Source: Nitrosopumilaceae archaeon (GTDB taxonomy: Archaea; Thermoproteota; Nitrososphaeria; Nitrososphaerales; Nitrosopumilaceae). From it: a stretch of DNA of 64,000 nt. Location: the NCBI GenBank assembly GCA_965214835.1, contig CBDCCK010000002.1, positions 2,656,001 to 2,720,000 of the forward strand, read 5' to 3'. The notes under the pieces were generated by a model. That model had not been told where the DNA came from and made no database searches. It saw only the letters and a list, made by a program, of their open reading frames with translations. The position numbers and the translations under genes were made by a program. Shown here piece by piece: positions 20,278-30,088 of the stretch (positions within the stretch are counted from its first letter, which is position 1; each line of letters opens with the position of its first letter).

Positions 20278-20835
20278 CTATCTGGTTCCCCATCTTTTGT
20301 ATAAATTATGATCCAAGCCGAACTGATCCAGGCACTTTCCGACGCCATGATTCACCAGGTCATCGATGGACTCGGGCTTTGTGTAAAACTCTGTAGCGGG
20401 CGGCAGGATCACAACCCCCAGCCTTGCAAGCTTTAGCATGTTTTCAAGATGTATTGCAGAGAGTGGGGTCTCCCGTGCCAGCAGGACAAGCCTTCTTGAT
20501 TCCTTGATCGTGACGCCGGCAGCGCGCGAGATCAGGTTCTCGTCATACCCGCTTGCGATGCTTGAGAGTGTCTTCATGCTGCAGGGCAGCACCATCATCC
20601 CATCAACCCCGAAGGTTCCGCTAGATATGCCGGCTGCCATGTTCCTGTCGTCATAGACCTTGTCTGCCAGGGATCTCACATAGTCGGCGTCATGCTGGGT
20701 CTCCATGGCTATGCATTTTCCCGCCCACTCGCTGATCACCAGGTGGGTCTCAACCCCCAGATCCCTGAGGACCTCCAGTGCGCGGATTCCGTAGACTGCC
20801 CCCGTGCTGCCAGTCATTCCAACTATCAGGCGCAT
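20278..20835 (-). CDS. ubiX: Flavin prenyltransferase
   Basis: VGMTGSTG, PCSMKTL, RAAGVTIKESR and RETPL motifs. Confidence 0.95.
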   Translation of the reverse strand: MRLIVGMTGSTGAVYGIRALEVLRDLGVETHLVISEWAGKCIAMETQHDADYVRSLADKVYDDRNMAAGISSGTFGVDGMMVLPCSMKTLSSIASGYDENLISRAAGVTIKESRRLVLLARETPLSAIHLENMLKLARLGVVILPPATEFYTKPESIDDLVNHGVGKCLDQFGLDHNLYKRWGTR

Positions 20836-20868
20836 ATGGAACCAAGATGCCTTGCAGTATTTTATCTA

Positions 20869-21036
20869 TTAGGGGGCGTTTTCAGGGCTGTCACCAGTCT
20901 CCTGGCCGACTTTGTTTTCAGCAGATTCGGCAGATCCGGCCTCGCGCCTGCGCTTGATCCGCAGCGTAACTGCACCGGCGGCCATGGCAGACAGCAAAAT
21001 CATCCCGACTAGTACCATTTCAAAGCTATAGGCCAT
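20869..21036 (-). CDS. Small single-TM protein (55 aa, below the ORF-track cut-off)
   Basis: MAYSFEMVLVGMILLSAMAAGAVTLRIKRRRE...: a TM segment followed by a positive-inside cluster. Confidence 0.55.
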   Translation of the reverse strand: MAYSFEMVLVGMILLSAMAAGAVTLRIKRRREAGSAESAENKVGQETGDSPENAP

Positions 21037-21255
21037 GGTTTACCAAAACGGATCTGAAATAAATCTCGTACGGGGCCCGGGCTCTGAGTCCAGGGCAGCA
21101 AGATAGCCCCTGTCTAGGTAGGGCAGCCAGTCACACATTTGCCTGCAGTTGTGGTTTTCATGCTTGGCCGGCAAGGGAGTATGGCCTCAACTCTGACCCG
21201 GGGCCATCCCGCTACAGTCTAAGCTATATTAGCCCCTCCCTCGGATAGTCAACCT

Positions 21256-22347
21256 GTGATCAAGAGGCAGGAGATCAAAAAAATCGTCAACGGCTACTCG
21301 GACCTTAGAATAGGCGTCCTAGGCAGTCATTCTGCGCTAGAGGTCATGGACGGCGCAAAAGACGAGGGGCTGCAGACCATAGTCGTCTGCCAGAAGGGAA
21401 GGGAGACGCCATACCGGAGGTTTGGAAGGATTGCAGACGAGGTTCTTGTCCTGCCAAGATTCGGTGACATGGCATCGGCCAAGACCCAGAGGATGCTGCG
21501 GGAGACCGGCACCATAATTGTCCCGCACCGCTCCCTTACTGCATATCTGGGATACAAGACGATCGAGGATGCCTTCAAGGTGCCGATCTTTGGAAACAGG
21601 GCGCTGTTTCAGGCCGAAGAGCGCCACCACAAAAAAAACCAGTACTATCTCCTGCAAAAGGCCGGGATAAAGCATCCGAGAATCTTCAAGAACCCAAGGG
21701 ATATAGACGGGCCGGCAATAGTCAAGGTGCAGGAAAAGGACAGGAGGCTTGAAAGGGCGTTCTTTACGGTCTCATCATACCCGGACTATGCGGAAAAATC
21801 CGAGGAGAGGATCAGGCGTGGGCTGATTGCAAGGGAGGATCTAGAGCAGGCAAGCATAGAGGAGCTGGCAATCGGGACGTACCTCAACTTTAACTTCTTT
21901 CACACGCCGATTTCAGACCACTGTGACTTCATAGGCATAGAAAGGCGGCTTCAGACAAACACCATGGACTTTAATGCGCTGCCTGCAAGGCAGCAGCTTG
22001 AGATGGACGTCGACCTGCAGAACATCGAGGTGGGACACACCCCTGCCAGCATAAGAGAGTCGCTGCTTGAGAAGGTCATATCCATTGGGGACAGGTTCGT
22101 CAGGGCAGTCAAAAGGGAGTACGCGCCGGGAATCATAGGGCCGTTCTCGCTGCAAAGCGTGATAACACGAGACCTTGAGATGATAGTCTATGACGTGTCC
22201 CTGAGGGTTCCGGGCAATCCGATTGTTGCCACGACCAGCCCGTACACGAAATACCAGTACGGGGCAACGTTTGGCATAGGCAGAAGAATCGCCATGGAGA
22301 TAAAGAGGGCGCAGGAAGAGGGCAGGCTAGACGAGATAGTGACCTAG
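21256..22347 (+). CDS. purP: PurP-family FAICAR synthetase (DUF1246/DUF1297, ATP-grasp)
   Basis: GSHSALEV, ERAFF, GHTPASIRESLLE, GPFSLQ and GRRIAMEI motifs. Confidence 0.92.
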   Translation: MIKRQEIKKIVNGYSDLRIGVLGSHSALEVMDGAKDEGLQTIVVCQKGRETPYRRFGRIADEVLVLPRFGDMASAKTQRMLRETGTIIVPHRSLTAYLGYKTIEDAFKVPIFGNRALFQAEERHHKKNQYYLLQKAGIKHPRIFKNPRDIDGPAIVKVQEKDRRLERAFFTVSSYPDYAEKSEERIRRGLIAREDLEQASIEELAIGTYLNFNFFHTPISDHCDFIGIERRLQTNTMDFNALPARQQLEMDVDLQNIEVGHTPASIRESLLEKVISIGDRFVRAVKREYAPGIIGPFSLQSVITRDLEMIVYDVSLRVPGNPIVATTSPYTKYQYGATFGIGRRIAMEIKRAQEEGRLDEIVT

Positions 22348-22769
22348 ACATCCGTGCCTTCCTTTAGGAGGTTTTCTCGAACCAGAATAGGAACGTTATA
22401 GTAGGATGCCAAGGCCAGGGCGTCTGAGGCGCGATAGTTTCTCAGGACCAGCTCGTTTTGGCCTGCAAAGTACAGGTTTGCGCGCAGGACCTGCCCGCTC
22501 TCGTAGATCTTTACCTTTACCAGGAACATCTCATTGTGCTCGCAGATATCCTCAATCATCCTGTATATGGTCGGAAGTGGCTCAGAGTCCTCGTCAAGGA
22601 AGCTTGTGATGTGCTTTGCAACCTCGCCGGAGAATGCGCGCATGTGGAACTCTTTGCCGTCATCAGAGCGCAATATAACCAGGCCCTCCACGGCGTAGGG
22701 ATCAACAAAGCCCACATGCTCGACTGTGACGCATTCATAGTCTGGTTCCTGCTCTTGATCTATTTTCAT
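22344..22769 (-). CDS. Bifunctional nuclease (DUF151) family protein
   Basis: RASDALALA...PILV motif. Confidence 0.8.
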   Translation of the reverse strand: MKIDQEQEPDYECVTVEHVGFVDPYAVEGLVILRSDDGKEFHMRAFSGEVAKHITSFLDEDSEPLPTIYRMIEDICEHNEMFLVKVKIYESGQVLRANLYFAGQNELVLRNYRASDALALASYYNVPILVRENLLKEGTDV

Positions 22770-22913
22770 CGTACTGGACACCTTGTCTTAACCTCCAATG
22801 CTTATAAGGGTACAAGCAAAGATCGATCAGTTGAAGCACAGTGATACAGCAGGCGATCTCCCATGTCTGGTCGAAACTAAAATTATTTAAAATGAGGCCG
22901 AAGTGGTAGCTTT

Positions 22914-24734
22914 ATGTCGGCAAGTCCGGAAAGATCGGTCTCGTACATCCTCTCCAAGCCCGTCTCACAGTACATGGAAAAGGAGATCTTGCTCCTAGAC
23001 AGGAAGACGTCCACGCGTTCTGCTACCAGAATCCTGCAAAACTACGAGCATGACGACATAATAGTCACCGAGGACAAAAAACCGATCGGGATTGTTACCG
23101 ACGAGGACATTCTAAACAAGGTGGGCGACTCTAGGGTCACAGCCGAGCACACAAGGCTAGAGGACATCATGTCTGCCCCCCTGATTACCGTGGACGACAA
23201 GACCACCCTGCAGGAGGCGTTGCACATAATGAGGGACAACAACATACGGAAGATTCCCGTGGTCTCAAGGAAAAACAACGTGGTCGGGATGATCCTTCAG
23301 GCCAGGATTGCAAACGTCATCCGCAGCGCAAGCGCTGTTCCCCCAAGGCTACTCAGCCCCCCCGTAAAGGCCATCCTGGGAAACCTGGGGTTTGTCCTGC
23401 AGTTTGCAGGCGTGCTACTGCTCGTGCCTGCAATCATGGCCACAATCGTGCTAAACGACCCGCAGACGGCGACGGGAATCTATTCTACGACGGTCCTGCT
23501 GCTAGTCACGGGATTTTTTTTGAACTCCTATGGCGAAAAGGCCAGCCTGGACATGCGGCAGGCCTCAATCCTGGTGTTTTGTAGCCTGTTTATCCTTACG
23601 CTGTATGGAACCATACCGTACCTGTATGTGGCGCACATCGCAGGCGAGACAAGCATAGAGTCCTTTGCAAGCAGCTTTTTTTCCAGCGCTGCAGGATTCA
23701 CCACGGGAGGAATCTCTCTGTATGACACCCCGGAGGACCTGCCCCAGAGCTTTACGTTCTATCGCAGCTTTACGCAGCTGGTGGGGGGGATGAGCTTCAT
23801 CTACCTGGTAATGACTGCGTTTTACCCCGAGGGAAAGCTGCAGTCGATGAGGGGCTTTATCTCCGGAAAGACACTGCACATGAGGGAGCTCTTTGGAACC
23901 ATCACGGTAATCTTCACTCTGTATATAGTGATTGTCGCGGTGCTGCTTTTCCTGTTCGGGGAGCGGGACATCGTCGACAACCTGTCGCTGGCAATGAGCA
24001 CGCTTGCGACGGGAGGATTCCTGCCTGACTCTACAATAGTGGACAGGCTGGTATGGGAGGAGCAGATTGTGCTGATGGCAGCCATGATTCTAGGGGCCCT
24101 GCCGTTCACGTTCCACTATGGGTTTGTCAGGAAGAAGTTCGTATCGCCAAAGCTTGGAAAGGAGGTCCTGGTATACTTTGCAGTCCTCGGAGGTGGGATC
24201 CTGTTGTTTTCGGCACTAGCAGACTTTGAGCCAATCTGGTCTTCGTTTTATACGGTATCGGCTAGCACCACGACGGGGCTTCAGCTGAGCAGCCTGAGTG
24301 GACTGGACGGCGCGGCGCACTCGGTTCTGATAATACTGATGATCATAGGCGGATGCGGGTTCTCGACTGCGGGGGGGATCAAGATATACAGGTTCTTCCA
24401 CCTGAGAAACATCAGGCAGTTTATCCGTGCCGGGACCAGAAAGAACCTTCTGCAGGACAACAAAAAGGAGATCATGTCGACAATCATAATCCTAGCGTCG
24501 TTTCCATTCATAGCGCTAGTCACGGCGGGGCATCTGTCTGCAACCCACGATGCGACCCTGCAGGACTCGTTCTTTGAGGCAGTCGGGGTGATCACCACCG
24601 GAGGGCTGTCTGCAGGCGTGATCTCGCCTGATACGGATCCTGCAACCAAGATGGCGCTCAGCTTCCTCATGATCATCGGAAGGCTTGAGATAATCGCGCT
24701 TGTGTACATCTTTGTTCCAAAGCTGAGCACATAG
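22914..24734 (+). CDS. trkH: CBS-domain-fused TrkH-type potassium transporter
   Basis: N-terminal CBS pair and four pore loops (FTTGG, LATGG, STTTG, ITTGG), plus GFSTAGGIK and MIIGRLE. Confidence 0.9.
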   Translation: MSASPERSVSYILSKPVSQYMEKEILLLDRKTSTRSATRILQNYEHDDIIVTEDKKPIGIVTDEDILNKVGDSRVTAEHTRLEDIMSAPLITVDDKTTLQEALHIMRDNNIRKIPVVSRKNNVVGMILQARIANVIRSASAVPPRLLSPPVKAILGNLGFVLQFAGVLLLVPAIMATIVLNDPQTATGIYSTTVLLLVTGFFLNSYGEKASLDMRQASILVFCSLFILTLYGTIPYLYVAHIAGETSIESFASSFFSSAAGFTTGGISLYDTPEDLPQSFTFYRSFTQLVGGMSFIYLVMTAFYPEGKLQSMRGFISGKTLHMRELFGTITVIFTLYIVIVAVLLFLFGERDIVDNLSLAMSTLATGGFLPDSTIVDRLVWEEQIVLMAAMILGALPFTFHYGFVRKKFVSPKLGKEVLVYFAVLGGGILLFSALADFEPIWSSFYTVSASTTTGLQLSSLSGLDGAAHSVLIILMIIGGCGFSTAGGIKIYRFFHLRNIRQFIRAGTRKNLLQDNKKEIMSTIIILASFPFIALVTAGHLSATHDATLQDSFFEAVGVITTGGLSAGVISPDTDPATKMALSFLMIIGRLEIIALVYIFVPKLST

Positions 24735-25063
24735 CAGGCATTACAGGGGCGGAGCTACAGTAGATCCACGAGATTAGCAGGGCGGCCAGCGGGGAGCTGG
24801 CGGGGCAAGGCTGCAGCGGGTGCGGACTCCCCCATAACGGCCCCCAGGTGACCGATAGAGCTGTCCGGGTACCCGAGCCCCTGCCGCCTGTTTTTTGGGC
24901 GGCAGGCTAAAGGATGCACTGATGGTAAAGGCTACGGAAGTTAAGTTCTTGGCAAGCTATCCTGCCGGGGCTGTTTTTGAAAGATCTATGCCAAGCACTG
25001 TTGATACATTCGATGTGATTTTCTCCATGGCTTCCTTGCCTGCGGGGCCGTATATCAAAAACT

Positions 25064-25123
25064 GTGTGAGGTCACGTCCCCTTGCTGGCTAGGCATGGAA
25101 ATCACAATTGTACATGCCAATTC
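25064..25123. mobile_element. Truncated MITE-A (one arm only)
   Basis: gtgtgaggtcacgtccccttgctggctaggcatggaaatcacaat matches the MITE-A end. Confidence 0.7.
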
Positions 25124-25420
25124 GGCGGAGCTCAACAAGAGGGCCGACGACATCAAACGATCAGGGCGACATTGGCATGGGTGTTCTGCCCCATAACGGC
25201 ATGCAAGTCATTCATTCTGATGTCATGGTTAAGTCAGGTGCGGTTATTAAAAATAGCGGACTTACGTGGTGGCCATAGATCGTTGCAGCATGCAGGCATG
25301 AGTTTTGCTGCAAGGTGGTTTTGGATGTGGCTGAAAGCCGAGACGGCCTGGCAGGTTGCCCCCGGGAAGACGGACATGGTCAGATACAGTTTAATCCAAT
25401 GCCGGGGGGATTTTGAAGTA

Positions 25421-26242
25421 GTGAGAGAAAAATCAGGGCCCAAGCCAGGAAGGCCGCTAGTCATTGTGGGATTTGTCACCATTGCGGCGCTGTTTGTAGT
25501 GTATTCAAGGTATCAGGATCCAGGACTCCTGACCCCGGAATCCATAGAAGTCATAGTGAGGATCGCGTACGCGTTTTACGTCTTGTTCTTCATGGCACTT
25601 GGTGCAATTGCATACGGAATGTATGTACACCACAAGCAAAAAATCGCCGAGAACCACAAGGGACTGACAACAATCATCGCGCTGGCAACATGGAACCCCA
25701 AAAGCAGGAGAATCTGGGCCATGACGTTTGCAGTATACGGAATATTCTTCTCGCTGTCATCGGGAACCTTGGTCTACCAGCCCGATGTCGTGTTCTCAGA
25801 GGCGTATGGCGTGCAAGTCCCCTCGGGATTCATGGCACCGTGCTGTGACGACCCCGGATACATGCCGACAATCATCATATACCTGACAGAGCACGTAGGA
25901 CTGCAGATTGTTCCAATCAACCTGCTGCTGCAGATCATAGTATCATATCTTGTCGCACTAAACATGGCACTGGCCGTGACTGCCATCACGGTATCAAGAA
26001 AAAGCAGGGGCGTGGGAACGATAGGTGCGGCCACAGGCCTCTTCATAGCGTGTCCCACGTGTGCTGGGACGTTTCTTTCACTGTTTTTGGGAACCGTGAC
26101 AGGGCTGGGGGTCGCATTTGTGATAACCCAGCTTCAGACGATATTCATTGCAGTCACAATACCGGTCTTGCTTGCAACCCCGTTCATAATCGCCAGAAAG
26201 CTGCAAAATGCGGACGGCAGCTGCAAGGTCAGCCCGGAGTAG
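25421..26242 (+). CDS. Polytopic membrane protein with CC and CPTC motifs
   Basis: About six hydrophobic segments, APCCDDPG and IACPTCAG. GTG start at 25421 inferred. Confidence 0.75.
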   Translation: MREKSGPKPGRPLVIVGFVTIAALFVVYSRYQDPGLLTPESIEVIVRIAYAFYVLFFMALGAIAYGMYVHHKQKIAENHKGLTTIIALATWNPKSRRIWAMTFAVYGIFFSLSSGTLVYQPDVVFSEAYGVQVPSGFMAPCCDDPGYMPTIIIYLTEHVGLQIVPINLLLQIIVSYLVALNMALAVTAITVSRKSRGVGTIGAATGLFIACPTCAGTFLSLFLGTVTGLGVAFVITQLQTIFIAVTIPVLLATPFIIARKLQNADGSCKVSPE

Positions 26243-26483
26243 GCCTTACCTCCGGGGTTTTATAGTCTCCGATATCAAGGCCGTCACGACGGAGATATTT
26301 TAGGGACAGCTTGTATACCAGCTCGTCATGATCCACACGCTCTAGGATCTCAGTCCACGACATCCTGCCGTTTTTTGCTATGGTTTCCTGAAATTCCAGG
26401 TTCATTTTTTCTGCAAGCTCCCGGCATTGCTCCATGGTCTTGCCGTTTTTGTAGGCGCCAACACGCCTGTCGCAGCTTTTCAT
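26229..26483 (-). CDS. Hypothetical protein
   Basis: 84-aa protein-like ORF (VDHDELVYKLSLKYLRRDG). Confidence 0.75.
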   Translation of the reverse strand: MKSCDRRVGAYKNGKTMEQCRELAEKMNLEFQETIAKNGRMSWTEILERVDHDELVYKLSLKYLRRDGLDIGDYKTPEVRPTPG

Positions 26484-26517
26484 GGTTATCCAGTGGACGC
26501 GCCGAATAAAAATATGA

Positions 26518-26814
26518 TCAAGAGCCCAGCTTTTCGAGATCCGGCAGAATTATTCGCTCAAAAATCAGATCATCGCTTATCCAGATGCATTTTATGTCGT
26601 TGTCAGGGCACGCCTTTCCGGGTTCCTTGTCCTTTGTGATAAACACCATGTTGTTTTCTTTGGCATACTGCATGATGTTGTAGTCGTGTGCCATTTTTTC
26701 ATTTCCGGCCTTTAGTTTTTTTACGCTTTCTGCATGGTATCCGGCATCTTGCAGCTTTAGATCCAACCCGTCGCTGGTCTCATCAACTAGGATTTTGGGT
26801 CTGCCATATATCAT
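26518..26814 (-). CDS. DUF5615/Mut7-C-type PIN-like protein
   Basis: KILVDE...D..I..YAKENNMVFITKD pattern. Confidence 0.8.
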   Translation of the reverse strand: MIYGRPKILVDETSDGLDLKLQDAGYHAESVKKLKAGNEKMAHDYNIMQYAKENNMVFITKDKEPGKACPDNDIKCIWISDDLIFERIILPDLEKLGS

Positions 26815-26871
26815 GTATCAAATCAAAGCTTGGAGATAATAAGACTTCTGTCCTCCCCGCTGCATGCCAGG

Positions 26872-27228
26872 TCAGAGATCTGATGTGATCTTTTTGGCCC
26901 GGGTTATTATCGCCAGCTTTTCCTCTATTGCCAGCTCGGGCTCCATTGTAAAGTAAACTGTGTGGTTCTTTGGATAAATTGCGATTTGGGTCAGCTTTTC
27001 GCGCTCAACGTGGACATAGCGAACCTTTCCCAGCGTTCTGTCAAAGTTTTTCCTCATCCTCCTTCGCTTGGCAACCTGCTGGCAAAAGTGCTCCTCCTCC
27101 TGCTGGGACTTTAGCGAGTTCTTTCCGCTCTTCATTATGGCCTCCACGATGTTCCCCTGCGTATCAACGATTGCGGCAAACCTCATCTGCGGATCCAGGC
27201 TAATGATGTCCTCGACTATCCTGATCAT
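26872..27228 (-). CDS. Thaumarchaeal roadblock-like (DUF6659-type) protein
   Basis: LDPQMRFAAIVD..G...FDRTLGKVRYVHVEREK. Start uncertain. Confidence 0.75.
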   Translation of the reverse strand: MIRIVEDIISLDPQMRFAAIVDTQGNIVEAIMKSGKNSLKSQQEEEHFCQQVAKRRRMRKNFDRTLGKVRYVHVEREKLTQIAIYPKNHTVYFTMEPELAIEEKLAIITRAKKITSDL

Positions 27229-27316
27229 GTCGACTTCCGTGTTGCTCAACAGCCAAAATTCCGCGTGGGCAAATATAATTGAATTAGGCACATTCAAGGC
27301 GTAAAATCATAATATA

Positions 27317-27949
27317 ATGCGGGGCCCAACGGCCTTTATGAGATCCCAAATTGCCAGGGTTTTGGAGAGGCTTGAGGAACGATCAGGGCTGGAAAGGTCA
27401 CGAGGGGTCGACGTCGCCCCTGAAGACAGGATGCTCGCAATTACGAGGGATACGGGCCTGTTTTACAATATTTTATTGAGGTCATCTGGGGCCAGACGGG
27501 TGTTGGAGATTGGCACGTCTGCAGGATACTCTACGCTGTGGTTTGCAGATGCGGTTTTAGGGAACGGTGGCGAGGTTGTCTCAATAGAGCAAAGCCCGTC
27601 TAAAATCAAGAGGGCGAAAAGAAACTTTGAGGAGGCCGGGGTTTCAGATATGATTACCGTAGTTCACGGAACCGCACTAGACGTGCTACAGGAGGTAAGA
27701 CAGTCCGGAGTGGGGTTTGACTTTGTCTTCATTGACGCAGACAAGGAGAACTGTAAAAACTATTTTGATCTGGCGTTTCCGATGCTAAACGTAAACGGGG
27801 TGGTTGGAACCGACAACATGCTGTATCCCGAAAAGTACCGGGAATGGATGAGGGGGTTCGGCGATCACGTTAGGACACACTCGAACGCAAGGACCGTCAC
27901 GCTGGATGTCGGAAACGGACAGGAGCTGACGGTAAAGACCTCCGGCTAG
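27317..27949 (+). CDS. O-methyltransferase (Methyltransf_3 family)
   Basis: VLEIGTSAGYS, FDFVFIDADK and DN motifs. Confidence 0.92.
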   Translation: MRGPTAFMRSQIARVLERLEERSGLERSRGVDVAPEDRMLAITRDTGLFYNILLRSSGARRVLEIGTSAGYSTLWFADAVLGNGGEVVSIEQSPSKIKRAKRNFEEAGVSDMITVVHGTALDVLQEVRQSGVGFDFVFIDADKENCKNYFDLAFPMLNVNGVVGTDNMLYPEKYREWMRGFGDHVRTHSNARTVTLDVGNGQELTVKTSG

Positions 27950-28204
27950 GCCCTTGGTTTTTCCTAGGCCATGCGGTCTTTGGGTTTGGCCGTCCTTTTG
28001 GAATGTACCCTGACGGGTTTGAGCTGTTTTTGTTTCTGCCCTGGCCTCTTTACATACTTGCAATCATAAATTCTTGAAGGCATATACTGCCGGCAGGGAC
28101 ACCTGATCATGAAATGCCGCATGGGCTTTTGCTTGCCAGCGCATCTTGGATTGGCGCCTTTTGATTTTCGTGCTTTTTCCTTGACTTGCCTTTCCGGCCT
28201 CGGG

Positions 28205-28336
28205 GGGGGGTTGTCGCCTAATTCATCAGAATTCCTGAAAACCATACGATGTCATCCGGATCTAGGCGTGCACGAGGGACGGAAGTTCAGAAAAACGTGC
28301 AGATTGAGCCAGATAGGTGAATTAGGCGACAACCCC
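28205..28336. mobile_element. MITE-D (~130 bp, IS903-like ends)
   Basis: TIR ggggttgtcgcctaattc/gaattaggcgacaacccc. 9-bp TSD ggcctcggg at 28196-28204 and 28337-28345. Confidence 0.88.
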
Positions 28337-28795
28337 GGCCTCGGGTGGTTTTCTTTTAGCCCCGTACATGAGGATCTGTCCATCCTCATCCTGACAGTGC
28401 ACACAGTTGAGGGCGGATCTTTTTTTATCTAAACGGACACGACGTGTCAAAGCTGTGATCCGTCCTTTGATGCGATTACCGCAGGCGGCTTTGGATTTGC
28501 CTGCGTCATGACTTTTCCTTCCTGCTTGGCCTTGCCACCTCCGGTCTCTGCACCCGCTTTTATCAGGCATCCTGCTTGGCCGCAATGGATCCTGCCGCTC
28601 CTGTCTGCCTGGCAAGCTTTTTTTTTGCTGCGCTACCAGAACTGCAGGCCGGGACTTGCCTTTGCATGATGCATGCAGCCTTGCCATGAGGTATTGGCTC
28701 CGGCCCAGTCTGCGTGAGGCTAGGCGCTGTTGGCATGCGTTTTTTAGCAAATCCCGCCCCAGGTCCTGTGGCGCAAGAACCTGATCATGGGACTT

Positions 28796-29953
28796 TCAGT
28801 CCCAGATCTTTTCTTTAAACGTCCACTTCTTGTTCAAGACAAAGTTTCCCAACGCGGCAGTCGTCACCGAGATCACAAGTGCAACCGGGTAGGCCATCCC
28901 ATATCCGTCCACCAGCCCAAACACCATCCCCAGCTGAGCCAGCGCCCCAAACGAGCTAAAGACGATGAATTTTGAATACTGGGACAGTGTTCGCCGGAGG
29001 CCAAAGTCCCGGTCACTGAATGTCCATGCCTTGTTAAGGACGAAGTTGCTTGTCATGGATACGGCAATCCCAATGATATTAGCGTGCAGGTACCACATGT
29101 CTACGATTCCGCCTGCAAACAGAAGGGATACAAGGTAGTTGACGCCCAGGCCGGAGGCGCCAACGGTGAAAAAGCGCGCAGCCTTTGAGATGAACCGCAC
29201 GGACTTTTTGGATTTGCTGGTTTTGTCCTGCTTGCCATATCGGTACAGCCTCCAGACAGATCTTGCATAGTCAAGAACGGTCGAGGCTCCAAACTTGCTT
29301 GATCCGAACTGCCTGTCGGTGAAGGTGTAGGGAATCTCAGCTATGTTGATTTCCTTGGACTTGACAAGGATTTCCAGTAGCATTTTGGGGCCGACTGTGT
29401 CAAACTTCAAATCCCGGATTATTCTTTTCTTGAATGCAAAGAACCCGGACATGGGATCTGCAGTATCAATTCCCAGCCCCTTTTTGGCAATCTCGGTGGC
29501 AGTTTTGCTGATTATCTTTCGTTTGATGCTCCAGCCCATGATGGCACCGCCTGCAGTGTACCTAGAGGCAATTGCCAGATCATACCTTGACTTTAGCGCA
29601 TCAAGCAGTTTTGGGATCAGATTCGGGGGGTGGGACAGGTCGCTGTCCATTACCACGATGGTCTCGGCGGTGGCTTGCCGGATGCCAGACAGTGTTGCAG
29701 AGGTGAGTCCGGTTTGGGCTTTTCTGTGGATTACATTGGTAGTATTGTTTGCAAATTCCTTGACGTTTCTGATGTACTCCTCAACGATGTTGCCGGTCCC
29801 ATCAGGTGAGTTGTCATCGACTACGATGGTTTCAAACGGTATTTTTTGGGGGATAGAGTCCCCGATGGACTTTAGGATTTTTAGAATGTTTTGAGACTCG
29901 TTGTACGTAGGAAGGATTATGGATACCTGCGGGGATTCATTCCTGCCCATCAT
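28796..29953 (-). CDS. GT2 dolichol-phosphate glycosyltransferase fused to GtrA
   Basis: IILPTYNE, VDDNSPDGT, MDSDLSH and DPMSGFF motifs. C-terminal NFVLNK..TF repeats. Confidence 0.92.
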   Translation of the reverse strand: MMGRNESPQVSIILPTYNESQNILKILKSIGDSIPQKIPFETIVVDDNSPDGTGNIVEEYIRNVKEFANNTTNVIHRKAQTGLTSATLSGIRQATAETIVVMDSDLSHPPNLIPKLLDALKSRYDLAIASRYTAGGAIMGWSIKRKIISKTATEIAKKGLGIDTADPMSGFFAFKKRIIRDLKFDTVGPKMLLEILVKSKEINIAEIPYTFTDRQFGSSKFGASTVLDYARSVWRLYRYGKQDKTSKSKKSVRFISKAARFFTVGASGLGVNYLVSLLFAGGIVDMWYLHANIIGIAVSMTSNFVLNKAWTFSDRDFGLRRTLSQYSKFIVFSSFGALAQLGMVFGLVDGYGMAYPVALVISVTTAALGNFVLNKKWTFKEKIWD

Positions 29954-30088
29954 GAAGGGGTGCCAATTTCATAGTTATTAATATTAACATGAAAAAATTT
30001 GTCAAAGTAATCGATTTTTCCTAAAAAACCGGCTTGGCAGATCGATCAGGCATGGCCATGCCAGCCATTAATCAGCCATGGAATAGAC

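Noticed and set aside
27964-28750. ORFs 27964-28245, 28109-28432 and 28322-28750
   Set aside because: They run through MITE-D and intergenic DNA and show no motifs.
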